A stretch of 64,000 bases of DNA from Octopus sinensis. Its lineage: Eukaryota. The first letter of the stretch is position 1; each line of letters begins with the position of its first letter. This document shows positions 15,096 through 28,489 of the stretch, piece after piece. The notes under the pieces are model-generated. The model was not told the origin of the DNA. It saw only the letters and a list, made by a program, of their open reading frames with translations, and made no database searches. The stretch is taken from NCBI RefSeq assembly GCF_006345805.1, contig NC_042998.1, positions 7,130,001-7,194,000 of the forward strand. The letters run 5' to 3'. The translations under genes were made by a program, and so were the position numbers.

Positions 15096-15458
15096 TGCTC
15101 AGGTGCACCACAAGCTCAGTTGCTACGATGTCGGTATTTGTTCCAGCTCTATGCAGAGCCAGTATTACATACCAAGTCAACTGGGTAGTTATCTATTGCA
15201 CTGATATATGATGAGATTGCATAAATTCTGAACAGCCTGAAATTTCTCGATCCATCTAAAGACAGGAAATCACTCAACAACGAAGAGACAGGAGAGACTT
15301 CTCTCAAACCGGAGAGGATAGAGTTGGGATGAAGTGTGACATATTAGGGGTCAGGTGGTCTTATGACTTGTTACATGATTTGACATGAAGCATTTCAACG
15401 TTTTCCGCACAACGGATTTACTTAATCGCATGTGTCATAATAACAGTATGCTACATTA

Positions 15459-15854
15459 GGAGGTGCAATGGCCCAGTGGTTAGGGCAGTGGACTCGTGGT
15501 CATAGGATCGCGGTTTCGATTCCCAGACCGGGCGTTGTGAGTGTCTATTGAGCGAAAACACCTAAAAGCTCCACGAGGCTCCAGCAGGGGATGGTGGTGA
15601 TCCCTGCTGTACTCTTTCACCACAACTTTCTCTCACTCTTACTTCCTGTTTCTGTTGTACCTGTATTTCAAGGGCCGGCCTTGTCACTCTCTGTGTCACG
15701 CTGAATATCCCCGAGAACTACGTTAAAGGGTACACGTGTCTGTGGAGCGCTCAGCCACTTACACGTTAATTTCACGAGCAGGCTGTTCCGTTGATTCGGA
15801 TCAACCGGAACCCTCATCGTCATAACCGACTGAGTGCTAAAGAGAAATAAAGAG
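15459..15854 (+). mobile_element. tRNA-derived SINE family C (tRNA-Arg-like head), with TSD
   Basis: A box tggcccagtgg, B-box-like gtttcgattcc; flanked by a direct repeat atgctacatta(g) at 15448 and 15855. Confidence 0.9.
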
Positions 15855-15869
15855 ATGCTACATTAGTTT

Positions 15870-16040
15870 GTCCATTGTTGTCGGTGATGACCAAGGAGAA
15901 GAACCTAGGAGAAGAATATGGGGTACAGTGTGTCCAGCTGTGGCTGATCAGTTTGATGCATGTTCGGAAGACTCTGTTGCAGGTTGGGCATTGGTGGTCT
16001 GTTGAGACTGGAGGCAAGGAGTTGGCTCTGGAACTTTCTT
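15870..16040 (-). pseudogene. RTE/BovB-like LINE 3' end with C2H2 zinc finger
   Basis: HQCPTCNRVFRTCIKLISHSWTH resembles the terminal CPTCxRxFxxxIGLxSHxRTH finger of BovB-like RTE ORFs. Confidence 0.6.
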
Positions 16041-16868
16041 TGTGCAAAACTAGAATTATTGCACACAGGTTAATTATAATTTTTTTCCACTGCATTTTTA
16101 GCTGGTGTAAAGTGGTTGATGACTGGAGGAATTTGTGGAAAAAATATTGAAGGGGCCTTAAAATGGGAGCTGGATGAAGTAGGGTGGTCATTGTAGGATT
16201 GGGAGAAAAGGTGCATATTATAGAGCTGGGAGGTGATGACTTGTATAGAGCTAGGGAAAAGGGTTCACATTGTAGGACTGGCCTAAAGTACTAAATACCC
16301 TGGCACTGGCCCTTGTTCTGTGTGTTCTGAGATCAAATCCCTTTGAATTAGATATATGAACTTATTGATATTGTAATGAAGGATTTCTGTTCCCATGAAA
16401 GATATAATGGATGGAGTTTGGGCAAGAAGCTTGATACAATTTCAAAAAGAGACGGGGATGCTGAGTTCAAAATTTCTGTGGAGGCTAGAAAGAGGTGAAA
16501 AGAGAATAATACATTGAATGGGTAATATTAATCAGCACATGAACTTTTGGACTAGCTGAACATTAGGACATTAAAGACATCAGTCAATGCGTTGTAGGAG
16601 GATGATTGCATTCATATGGAAATAGACAGAGGTGCCTGAGGGACAAAAGTACCATTTGATGCCTTTGGAGAGGACTCATAGAAGAAGATGATATAAAAAA
16701 GAGCGACTAGATTGGATCTTGAGTAGCTGGGTCACACAAAAGCTAATGTACAATGCCAGATCCAGCAGTGATATGCTATATGGCAGTTTGTCCAATCTCT
16801 GGATGCATAATGAAAATGGATGTTACTACTTCTTTGATAATGGGAAAAACTGTAGCAACATTTTAGGC

Positions 16869-16899
<31 letters not shown>

Positions 16900-16906
16900 C
16901 ATACAT

Positions 16907-16977
<71 letters not shown>

Positions 16978-17403
16978 CATACATACATATATAAATATAT
17001 ATATATATATATACATACACATTAACACCTACACACTCACATAAACCACCCCATGACAATCAATATGGACTAACACACCCACACCCACCAATACATGCAC
17101 ACACGCATGCATGCACGTGCATACTTAATCATGCAAACACATTTTCATTCTTGTTCCCCAAAAAACCTTGCATATATACACCTAAACCGTGTGCTCCTTC
17201 TTCCTCCCACCACACACACATACATGCACACACACACAAAGGCAGTGTCCCATACACATATATATATATATCACATGATCATGTGATTGAGCAGACTGTT
17301 GAATGCTGTTATACATCGCTAGTCACAATGCACTTTGCATCATTTTAGCTTTCTAATGAGGCCACCCTACTGACTAAGTCAGCAGGCCAAAATACATACA
17401 TAT

Positions 17404-17446
<43 letters not shown>

Positions 17447-17641
17447 TACATACATACATATACATACATACAGGATGAGCCAAAAGTCATGCACAAAATT
17501 CAATATGTTCTAGAATTGTCCATGACATGTTTCAGTTTTTCTAAAATTGAATAAAACAATATTGAACACATACGTACTCGTACACGTTGAACAAAATGAA
17601 TAATAATAATAACAATAATAATAATAATAATAATAATAATA

Positions 17642-17814
17642 ACTACACTCACGGAGTGGTTGGCGTTAGGAAGGGCATCCAGCCGTAGAAACACTACCAG
17701 ATCAGACTGGGCCTGGTGCAGCCTTCTGGCTTCCCAGACTCCAGTTGAACCGTCCAACCCATGCCAGCATGGAAAGCGGACGTTAAACGATGATGATGAT
17801 GATGATGATGATGA
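17642..17814 (+). mobile_element. RTE LINE terminal 3' fragment
   Basis: actacactcacggagtggttggcgttaggaagggcatccagccg...ggacgttaaacgatgatgat. Confidence 0.85.
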
Positions 17815-17973
17815 TATATATATACTGTGATAACTATTGGTACTTGTTATACAGATGACTCTACAGTAGTCTCTATTACATTATGTGAATTTGTATATGT
17901 ATGTATGCATTGTGTAGATGCATATGCATGTATGTATGTATGTATGTATGTATGTATGACTACATACCTACAT

Positions 17974-18008
<35 letters not shown>

Positions 18009-18589
18009 TTGGTACATAAAAGTGATAAAATGTCCTATCAAGGGTGGTGGTGGAAATGTCTCATTTATCTTTGAAAGCTACATAACAATTTTTTTGCTTT
18101 TTCTTTTTATCATAATGTATTTATAGAGAGAATAGGAGCAATTATTAAATAATAACAATGCTGCCAAGAATTTAAAGTTATATTGTGATGCTGCTATGCA
18201 TATGAAATGTATTTCCTTTTAGTGACGCAGGTGAATATATCATGCAGTATATTGTAGCATTATTTTAGGGAAATACAGGTAATAAATAATAGGGACTTAA
18301 CTCAAAACCAGAGATATAAAGCAATAAAAATGCTTAAATTATAACCTATTATCATTTTATTTAAGAGTTTTCATTCAGGACAATTTGAATTTTGTAAATA
18401 ATTAAGTAGTGGACTGTCAAAATCGGAAAATAAATGTCATTTTTTCCTCTAAATTGTTTCTTAGTTGGTTGTATGTTCTGGAGCCTATTAACCACAGTGA
18501 AAATCCAATTTAATTGTGTTTTAACCCTTTTGTTACCATCTTTATGATGGAATACACAACTTTGTTTCAATTTGTTTTGAAAATAGTGA

Positions 18590-19245
18590 AGGCACAGGAG
18601 TGGCAGGTGTGGCTGTGTGGTAAGTAGCTTGCTTTCAATCACATGGTTCCGGGTTCAGTCCCACTGCGTGGCACCTTGGGCAAGTGTCTTCTGCTATAGC
18701 CTCGGGCTGACCAAAGACTTGTGAGTGGATTTGGTAGACGGAAACTGAAAGAAGCCCGTCGTATATATGTATATATATATATATATATATATTTCTTAAC
18801 TACCCACAAGGGGCTAAACACAGAGGGGACAAAAAGGACAGACAAACGGATTAAGCCGATTACATCAACTCCAGTGCGTAACTGGTACTTAATTTATCGA
18901 CCCCGAAAGGATGAAAGGCAAAGTCGACCTCGGCGGAGTTTGAACTCAGAACGTAGCGGCAGACGAAATACCGCTAAGCATTTCGCCCGGTGTGCTAACG
19001 TTTCTACCAGCTCGCCGCCTGTGTGTTTGTGTGTCTGTGTTTGTCCCCCTAGCATTGCTTGACAACCGATGCTGGTGTGTTTATGTCCCCGTCACTTAGC
19101 GGTTTGGCAAAAGAAACTGATAGAATAAGTACTGGGCTTACAAAAGAATAAGTCCCGGAGTCGAGTTGCTTGATTAAAGGCGGTGCTCCAGTATGGCCAC
19201 AGTCAAATGACTGAAACAAGTAAAAGAGTAAAAGAGAGAGAGAGT
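18590..19245 (+). mobile_element. SINE family A interrupted by a family B SINE
   Basis: Head 18590-18790 and 3' module 19021-19245 are separated by an antisense family B copy. Confidence 0.85.
18792..19020 (-). mobile_element. tRNA-derived SINE family B
   Basis: Minus strand ggcggcgagctggtagaaacgttagc...gagttcaaactccgccgaggtcgactttgcc...tgtgggtagt. Confidence 0.9.
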
Positions 19246-19631
19246 AAGTCATTTAGGAAAATAACATTGTTGTTATTAATCTAGTGTTTGGGACATATAT
19301 TGTTTTCAAATTTTGGCACCAGGCCAGAAAGTTTAGGGGAAGGGTTGAGTTGATTACATCAAACCCAGTGCTCGACTGGTACTTATTTTATCAACCTTGA
19401 AAGCACGACTGGATTAAGATCCATAGAGGCCCTAACCACTTTTTTAAAATTTGGTGACCCCATATACATGTAATTCAAAATATTAACAATAACAAACCAT
19501 AACAGAAATTTTAATTTTTCCTTTTCAAAATGAAACAAAACTCACAGAAGATGAAAAATAATTTCTATTTTCATATACTTCCACTTTATCATATTTGAAA
19601 ACTTTTCTCCTACCTTTTTTAATTGCAAAAC

Positions 19632-19739
19632 CTGTGGCACCTTGGGCAAGTGTCTTCTACTATTGCCTCAGGCTAACAAAAGCCTTGTGAGTGGATTTCT
19701 AGACAGAAACTGAAAGAAGCCTGTCATATATATGTATAT

Positions 19740-19788
<49 letters not shown>

Positions 19789-20056
19789 ACATATATATAT
19801 ATATATATATGAATATATATATCTGTGTGTGTGTATATATATTTGTGTGTTTGTGTTTGTCCCTCCACCATCACATGACAACTAATCTTGGTGTGTTTAC
19901 GTCACTGTAACTTACCAGTTCGGCAAAATAAACCCCTAGAATATCTACCAGGCTTACAAAGAATAAGTCTAGGAGTCAATTTCTTTGACTAAAAGGCAGT
20001 GCTTCAGCAAGGTCACAGTCAAAATTACTGAAACAGGTAAAAGTGTAAAAGTGTAA
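19632..20056 (+). mobile_element. SINE family A, 5'-truncated and diverged
   Basis: Starts at ggcaccttgggcaagtgtc; has the microsatellite and the 3' module. Confidence 0.8.
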
Positions 20057-20134
20057 TATATTTACAGGATAGTATAACAGCTAATTTAAGAAATGAACTT
20101 TCAAATTGTTAAAATAATAATTTTTTCAATATAA

Positions 20135-20515
20135 TCTTTTACTCTTTTACTGGTTTCAGTCATTTGACTGTGGCCATGCTTGAGCACCGCCTTTAGTCGA
20201 GCAAATCGACCCTAGGACGTATTCTTTGTAAGCCTAGTACTTATTCTATCGGTCTCGTTTGCTGAACTGTGAAGTTACAGGGACATAAACACACCAGCAA
20301 TGTTGAGGGAACAAACACAGACACACACACATATATATAAACATATGTACAATGGGCTTCTTTCAGTTTCTGTCTACCAAATCCACTCATAAGGTTATGG
20401 TTGGCATGAGGCTATAGTAGAAGACCCTTGCCCAAGTTGCCACACAGTGGGACTGAACCCAGAACCATGCAGTTCATAAGCAAGCTACTTACCACACAGC
20501 CACTCCTACACCTAT
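20135..20515 (-). mobile_element. SINE family A
   Basis: Reverse complement of the family A consensus. Confidence 0.85.
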
Positions 20516-20589
20516 ATAGATATGGTTTAAGTGCAAAGCTCAGTTATTGTCATAGTAGTGGCAAGATTAAAATACCTTTAACTACCATG

Positions 20590-20900
20590 CTAGAGAGAAA
20601 GAGTTGATATGTCGAACATGCATGCTTTCCGAAGTAAATTTCAGCTGTTGTGGAGTGGACGTGTATCATGACTCCAGACTCACCAAACAGATCTCCTGTG
20701 GTGGACGAGGGGTTGGTACTCAGTTACATGGCAAACCAAAGTGGAGATACAAAGACACACTCAAGACAACCTTGGTAAAGTGTAACTTAGAGCAGTCGAC
20801 TTGGGAACCTCTTGCTCAAGATTGCTCACACTGTGGCAAAGTGCTGTGTACTCCGGAGTACATCTCTCAGAATCAGAAATAATCAGAAAAATTAAAGAGA
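20590..20900 (+). pseudogene. RTE/BovB-like LINE ORF C-terminal fragment
   Basis: DSRLTKQISCG...KPKWRYKDTLKTTLVKCNLEQSTWEPLAQD resembles the RxPKQ..RYKDTLK..WE.LAQDR segment of BovB-like RTEs. Confidence 0.7.
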
Positions 20901-21068
20901 GGAGGGCTAATGGAATGCAAGACATCTACCAAGTCCTGACTCTGCTGTAATATGCCCCCATGGTAACCAGAGATTTCATGCCAATACTAGCCTAATAAAC
21001 CACCTTAGGTCCTGCAAAGAATAAAGGTGCCTATCTGGTTATTTTCAGAAACATGAAGGGCAAATATC

Positions 21069-21302
21069 TGTTTCTTTATTACCCACAAGGGGCTAAACAT
21101 AGAGGGGACAAACAAAGACAGACAAAGGGATTAAGTTGATTACATCGACCCCAGTGCATAACTGGTACTTAATTTATCGACCCCGAAAGGATGAAAGGCA
21201 AAGTCGACCTCGGTGGAATTTGAACTCAGAACGTAACGGCAGATGAAATATGGCTACACATTTCGCCCGGCGTGCTAACATTTCTGCCAGCTCACCGCCT
21301 TC
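21069..21302 (-). mobile_element. SINE family B with 18-bp target-site duplication
   Basis: acatgaagggcaaatatc at 21051-21068 and 21303-21320. Confidence 0.93.
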
Positions 21303-21607
21303 ACATGAAGGGCAAATATCATATTATCACATTGCCAGTAGTGTACAACTATTGTTCTGTCATCTATTATAAACCAGGTACTAGAAATCTAGTCAAGTGT
21401 GCAAGACTAAAATATGCACTGTTTTAAATTAGAATTTATTTCCAAACAATATTCTAGCAACTTTCAGCTTAAAATTTCAATATTGCAAAATAAGTAAATA
21501 AATCAATAGCATGGACTAATGAAATTTTTTTTTCATGCTAATAAAGAAAAACTGTCTCTTTAAACGAGCAAATATTCAGAAAGTACTATTATATCTTAAT
21601 GCTAAAC

Positions 21608-22428
21608 ATAGGCGCAGGAGTGGCTGTGTGGTAAGTAGCTTGCTAACCAACCACATGGTTCCGGGTTCAGTCCCACTGCGTGGCATCTTGGGCAAGTGTC
21701 TTCTGCTATAGCCCCGGGCCGACCAATGCCTTGTGAGTGGATTTGGTAGACGGAAACTGAAAGAAGCCTGTCGTATATATGTATATATATATATATGTGT
21801 GTGTGTGTGTTTGTCCCCCTAGCATTGCTTGACAACCAATGCTGGTGTGTTTACATCCCCGTCACTTAGCGGTTCGGCAAAAGAGACCGATAGAATAGGT
21901 ACTGGGCTTACAAAGAATAAGTCCCAGGGTCGATTTGCTCGACTAAAAGCGGTGCTCCAGCATGGCCGCAGTCAAATGGCTGAAACAAGTAAAAGAGTAA
22001 AAGAGTATATAGACACAAGAGTGGCTGTGTGGTAAGTCGCTTGCTTACGAACCTCATGGTTCTGGGTTCAGTCCCATCGCATGACACCTTGGGCAAGCGT
22101 CTTCTACTGTTGCCTCGGGCCAACCAAAGCCTTGTGAATGAATTTGGTAGAAGGAAACTAAAAGAAGCCCGTCATATATATGTTTATAGATATATATATA
22201 TGTGTGTGTGTGTGTGTGTATATGTTTGTGTGTCTGTGTTTGATCCCCCAGCATCACCTGACAACCGATGCTGGTGTGTCTATGTCCTCATAACTTAGTG
22301 GTTCGGCAAAAGAGACTGATAGAATAAGTACTACGCTTCCTAAGAATAAGTCCTGGGGTCGATTTGCTTGACTAAAGGCGGTGCTCCAGCATGGCCACAG
22401 TCAGTTGACTGAAACAAGTAAAAGAGTA
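21608..22428 (+). mobile_element. Two head-to-tail family A SINEs
   Basis: Copies at ~21608-22006 and ~22013-22428; the second is more diverged. Confidence 0.88.
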
Positions 22429-23385
22429 TATTGAAGAGTGATATTTGCAATAGACTTAAGGATACCACATATCAATGAATATGGAATCTGTAATATTTAA
22501 TGCTGTGAAGTTATAGGTTTATCCTTTCATATAAGTAGAATCAGAAATGAAAATGTAAATAATGTAAATAAAATTTCCTCTTAGATAATTGCCATTAAAA
22601 TATTTGTTTGGGCTGGGTATATATTAAAAACAAAAACTTATGTAAATAGATTAAATAGATTTCCTTTTTTTTTTTTGGGTTTTGTCTAATATTTTGAAAG
22701 GAAACTTCCTATTACATGCAGTATTCAATTCTCTTCATTGTTATTTTGATAATGACATAGAAATAGAAACCTTTATTTACATAAATCTTTCTGACCAAAA
22801 TATGAAAACAATGAATGATGACAATCAAACTATGATGTATTTATTGAAAATTTAATTGCGTTAAACCAAATCCTGATTTATTTTTCATCATGTGTATTTT
22901 TTTTTTATATTTTGGGTGTTTTTTTTTTTACTAATTATAAAAGCTCTCTCATTTAAATCTTTATAATGTTAGAAAACTATTACAGCGATGCATTATTTGA
23001 GAGTAACTCAGGGACAAAAAAAGTGTATTAATTGTTAACTGAATTCAACAAAAAGAAATGAAGGTAGAAACTGAACTACCTTTAAAGTTGTACTTTAATA
23101 ACAAACAAACAAACAAAAAAAACTGAGGAACAGTGTAACACACTTCAGATCTGGTAGAAAGCAATCAGCCATCAAAGAACATTATTACTGAATTGGTATT
23201 TGTACTTACAGAGTTTCCAAACGCTCGAGGTTGAATTATCATCCAGAACCAAAGAGAAATAAAGAAATGTTGCCAATTAAAAATCAATAGTGATAAATAG
23301 TGATTGTTTACTTTAAAAAATCAATAATTACCCAGCGCTTTTTATTCATCTACCTAGTCTACTGTTCTCCAGAATAAATTTCCAG

Positions 23386-23439
23386 TTCTATGGATGCTTT
23401 TGCTCTGAAGAGAGAAATAAATGGAATCAATAAACTTAG
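23386..23439 (+). CDS. Candidate exon (SMDAFALKREINGINKL)
   Basis: tttccag acceptor, TTAG|gtaaaa donor, 54 nt, phase 2-2, open frame; phase-compatible with 27229-27335. Confidence 0.22.
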
Positions 23440-24319
23440 GTAAAAATCATAATAATTTACGATTAGATTCTTTTTAGAAGCTGAAGAAAGGGTAAAATCG
23501 ATTAAATTTTTAATAGACAATACTTACTTTTCTTATTTGTTTTATTCTACAACACCTATTAGATCTGTTTTCTCTCTCTTCTTTGAATTTAATCTATTGT
23601 TTAAACTTAATGCACCTGCTTTTTAATTCTAGAAAATAGTATTGGGGCATCAAATTCTTTATCTATTCATAAAAAGATTTTTGGCTTTTAGTATCTTTCT
23701 ATTTTATAAAGCAGCATTGTGTGTCTAAATATTCTTCTATATTGATTAAGAATGTCAATGTTTTGAAATGGATTCTTTTACTTCAGAAACCATTCCAGAA
23801 TGGTTTAATGTTTCTTTTCATCCTTAACTGAATGATTAAAGCTAATAATGTTGCAAATATACTGTCACGGGAGTGAATAATGATTTTTATTGGGTTTTTT
23901 TATGTATTCTTTTTCCATGCTGACATGGGTTAGAAGAGACTTATTGTGGAATTATTCTATGGCTGGATGCCCTTCCTGTTAGCAACCCTTACTTGCCTTT
24001 CAGGAAACATTTTTCATTTCACCAGTCTTCATACATCGAAACTGAAGAAAGTGCCAAGCTGTGGAAAATATTGTTTAAGGGAGACATTAACATCAACAAC
24101 ATCCATGTGAAGACACTGCAAACACACACACACATCACACACACTCACACACACATACGTATATATATATATATATATATGGAGAGAGAGAGAGGTGGGA
24201 TATAATACCGAATGTAGAGGACATGCAAAAAATAGAAAGGGATTAAGCTAGTATGCTTCAAAGGACATGCAATTCCTTCCTGTGCATCTACGACAGAGTG
24301 CAAATGTGTTAAAATAAAA

Positions 24320-24560
24320 ATTAGGAATATGAAAAATCAGATGTAGTTTGCAAGAGAGAAGACTGTGCTGGTATGGTCATGTGATGTGGCTGGATGATGA
24401 CAGCTGTATACAGGAGTACTAATCCCTTTAAAATGGAGTTTGTGGAAGAGGGAAATCCAGGAAGATTTGGGATAAAACAGTGAACGCTGATCTCAAAGTG
24501 TTGAGCTTCAGGGAAAAGATGAGAAGAGACTGAGATGCTTGGCATGTTGCTATGCTTGAT
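24320..24560 (+). pseudogene. Highly decayed RTE RT C-terminal fragment
   Basis: gcaagagagaagactgtgctggtatggtcatgtg (QERRLCWYGHV) aligns with 48250-48300. Confidence 0.65.
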
Positions 24561-24920
24561 AAGATCCATTAATCACAGAGAAAGCAAGGTCCTAAAAGAG
24601 TTAGATTTATATCTATATCCTTGCTGCACCCTACTTCTGCACCCATTTTATTCCAGTCAAGATTTTCCTACCTCTCACCTTCCCAACAATCATCCATTTA
24701 TCATTCTTCTAGCATTGGTACTACTCAGCTGCTGTAATCATTTGATTACCAAATCGACACATATTTCTTCTCCCTTTATGCTGCTAGTTACCTCCCAGTT
24801 TTCCTGGAACAACTTCCTTTAACATCCATTCCCCATTCTCAATAGATTCTCTTCCCACTTTATTTTCCACTGTTCACCACTTTCTGTGCCTTCAGGTATT
24901 TCTATATCTCCCCTAAGCTA

Positions 24921-25430
24921 CCGTAAATCCTTGAGTATAATCCGCATTTTTTCCCCAAAATTTAAAGGTCAAAATCCCTAGTGCATACTATATATGAGGT
25001 TAAAAATGAAAATTATTTTCTAAGCAATATCCAAGTCTCTATTTGCTGTCCGGCAATGTTTATTCAGACGCATTTTGTGATGTCGGATGCGAAAATACCT
25101 TAAGCTAAGCCTGTAAGCAATGAAGTCATAAAAGAATCATCTATAACTAGCAATAAGCAACATTTATTAAACATTATTACTGTTATTTCTTTATTTTCTG
25201 CAAACAAAATGCACAAAAAAGCTACACGTTTGCATTGTTATATATACAATAATAATAAAGTACGTTACCGTATACATTTTTACAAACCAAGGACGTTATA
25301 TAGACCTCCTTGACTCAAGTTAGAGAAGGGGTGCGTATTACACACAAGGCTTAGGTTTTTCAGAGGTACAGCCCCCTAAAAATCCCCTGTGTATTATACT
25401 CAAGGGCAGACTATAGTCGAGGATTTATGG
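24921..25430. mobile_element. Non-autonomous Tc1/mariner-superfamily (Tc2/pogo-like) MITE
   Basis: TIRs ccgtaaatccttgagtataatc and (rc) ccataaatcctcgactatagtc; TA on both flanks; a subterminal TIR-like copy at ~25388-25406. Confidence 0.8.
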
Positions 25431-25597
25431 TATATCTTAAGACTACCATCCTCATCTTTAACACACACTCATGTCTACTCGCACTTTCAATATCTTCTCA
25501 TACCTACCATCAATGTTTCCAACCCACCATTGTTCCCCAGTCACTATAGCCACCATGACATAACTTTGACTTCTGTCTCTGTCCTTATATATCTCTT

Positions 25598-25833
25598 ATT
25601 TCTTTACTACCCACAAGGGACTAAACACAGAGGAGGACAAAGAATGTCAGACAAACAGATTAAGTCGATTATATTGACCCCAATACATAACTGGTACTTA
25701 TTTAATCGACCCCGAAAGGATGAAAGGCAAAGTCAGCCTCGGCAGAATTTGAACTCAGAACGTAGCAGCAGACGAAATACTGTTAAGCATTTTGCCCGGC
25801 GTGCTAACGTTTCTGCCAGCTCACCACCTTAAA
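25598..25833 (-). mobile_element. SINE family B with TSD
   Basis: Flanking direct repeat atatatctctt. Confidence 0.88.
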
Positions 25834-26589
25834 ATATATCTCTTTCACCAACATTCTCCTGCCTACACATCATCTCCCTATTTTCTGATCTACCTATAGA
25901 TTTATTACACTTTTGCTCTACTACCACTCTTCCTCTACCGCCACTTAACCACCCTCTCCTTCCTGAGCTATTTCTTTTACCTTCTCCACACTTTACCCCA
26001 TATACATTATTCACCACATTAACCTCTACCCTCATCTCTATCCACATGGTATTATTCTCCTATGAATTTATCCACCTACATCTCCCCATACTCAGACCGT
26101 ACTCTCTCTTCTACTCTTCTTATGCATTGAGTGTATATATGCTCTGATAATTCATCACGAGATCTTTATCTTCTTTCCAACTATTCCCACCCACTTTTAT
26201 ATAAAGTGAGGTAACCATGTACCTCTTCTATAGCAAGACACCTATGTCTGTCCCTCTTTCATACTTTAGTCTCTCAACACCTGGTATAAATCCACCTCCC
26301 CATCAGCTACTACCCCATGCAGTTGAGGGGGTCCACTTCTTTTTCTTTGCTTTGCATGTTATATGACAACTTCACTGGTGTCAGTTTCATGAAAAAAAGC
26401 ACCCAGCTCACTCCGTAGAGTGGTTGTCATTAGGAGAACATCCAGCTGTAGAAACAACACAGAAACAGACATCGGCATTTAGTACTGTCCTCCATCACAT
26501 TGGATCTTGTTGAATTATCCAACCCATGCCAGCATGACAGATCGACAATAAATAAAGCTGCTGCTTGTTTGTTTGTTTTTTTGTTGAGT

Positions 26590-26950
26590 GAAGCGGTCTT
26601 CATCCCAGATGTAGTGGGAGAAGTCTGAAACGTGGTCCTTTGCTGTTCGTAAGATCCGCAGAAGAGAAAGCAGGTCAACCCCCGACACCGAGAGCATCGA
26701 TGGATGGATGAATGCACATCCAGGCTCAGCGGTTGCGTAGGAAGTTGGGGATAAGAAACAGGAAGAAAGAGTGAGAGAAAGTTTGGAGCAAAAGAGTACA
26801 ACAGGGGTTGCCACCACCCCCTGCCCGAGCCTCGTGGAGCTTTTAGGTGTTTTCGCTCAATAAACACACACAACGCCCAGTCTGGGAATCGAAACCGCAA
26901 TTCTCCAACCTCGAGTCCACTGCCCTAACCACTGGGCCATTGTGCCTCCA
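26590..26950 (-). mobile_element. SINE family C head with alternative 3' tail
   Basis: First ~190 nt match 15459; the remainder is unrelated to that copy's tail. Confidence 0.8.
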
Positions 26951-27228
26951 CTGTTGCTGCTGCAGATAATGGTGGTGGTGGTGGTGGTGGTGGGGGTGGT
27001 GGATTTCCATACAGTTGTGTCAGCTAGATTTAGAGTGAATTCAGTAATATGATATTCAAATGAAACAGGTGTACACTGAAGAACTTTTAATTTTTGCTCA
27101 GCTGAATCTGTTCTTTGAAAGTTAAATCACTAATTGATATAGTTTGGTTAATATAGCAGCTCAAGAGCACAAATCTCCCAAGACGCTAAGCAAAACACTG
27201 CCACTGTTCTATTGTTCTCAATCTGCAG

Positions 27229-27335
27229 GAATATCTTACCTAACATGACTACTAAGCAGTTATTGTCTATGCCTCATCGACGGTACACCACCATCCACAG
27301 TGCAATTGAAGCCTCTATTCAGGATTCAGATTTTA
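27229..27335 (+). CDS. Candidate exon (NILPNMTTKQLLSMPHRRYTTIHSAIEASIQDSDF)
   Basis: Pyrimidine-rich ...ttctcaatctgcag acceptor; one frame open for ~37 codons; donor uncertain. Confidence 0.25.
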
Positions 27336-28489
27336 GTATTTATTAACAAGAGCAAGCTGATTTATAAACAGGTTTTACTATAGCATTATAGTTATATGCA
27401 TTCAAAATGAATGAATGACCAGAAAACCTCTGATGCCAAGTGCATATATCTAACACACATCATTCAGTTACTTTCCTCTAATTTATTGCTTTATGCTATC
27501 TGATCAATTTTATTTTCTGTACTTAACTTTTAATACTCTATCAAGCTGAAGTTTAATGTATGCATCATATTTCTGTAAAAGGCAGTAAAGGAATTTCTAT
27601 TGTATTATTTGATATACTACTTTGCTTTGTGGTAGAATGTGATATAAGCTATATTTCATGCTATTTGAAATCACATATCATAAAACCAGTATCATCTATT
27701 GAAAGAAACACATAGGAAAATATATACATCCAAAGTAAGCAATTTTATTTCTCCTGTTATGGATACAAGAATGCAATTAATATAGATTAATATGCTTTGT
27801 AGGATTTATTTCTGATGATAATTCATCAGTTTTATGATCTCTTTATGATAAGGCAAATTTAGAAAATAATTTTGAGAGCTATAGAAGCATTTGTCTTCCA
27901 CTTTATACTATTACGTTCAAAGTCTTCATGTTAAAGTCTAAAGCAGTCTGTAAACTTCTATCATGCATATTTCTCTCGATGAGGGAGTTAACACCAACAA
28001 AGCAGATTTTATTTGAAACTAAAATAATTTCTTACTCTGGAAACAACAAAGGATTTTTCCTTCTGATCTATCTACAAGCTTTCTCTATTTCCTGGTCTAT
28101 CTACAAGTTTATTATATTGTAATTTCCCACCCTTCCTTACCAGCCACGTATCACTTCTTTCATGAGTTAGTTCTTTTACCTTCTCCCCAATACTGAAATG
28201 TACCCTTGGCTACATCTCCGCCCTGTTCATCATTCATACATTAACCTCTACTCTTATCTCTAACCACCTTTCACTCTCCTCTCACACTCCAATGAACCAA
28301 CACCTTCCCATCTTCTCATCCTCATTCCATATTCTTCCTTATACTCACCTTCTGTATCTAAAGAGTTTACACTCAGAAGTTGAAATGTAATAATTTCCAG
28401 TGTAAACTAAACTTGCAACTAATTATAGACCTCCAGCAGGGGAAGTAATTTAATGATTCATTAATATAAAAGATAGAAAATAGTTAGAT

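Noticed and set aside
15459-15535. tRNA gene
   Set aside because: It has A/B boxes but no complete cloverleaf and runs into a SINE body with a TSD; the same holds for the other SINE heads.
16180-16320. hAT-like right end (ggcactggccct)
   Set aside because: No matching left TIR or TSD was found; similar orphan ends at ~19404 and ~56970 are also unsupported.
25840-26330. Pyrimidine-rich tract similar to 28130-28340 and 24640-24900
   Set aside because: Probably an old repeat, but too degenerate to classify or bound.
26970-27002. G-quadruplex-like (GGT)n tract
   Set aside because: An ordinary short microsatellite with mostly two-G runs.
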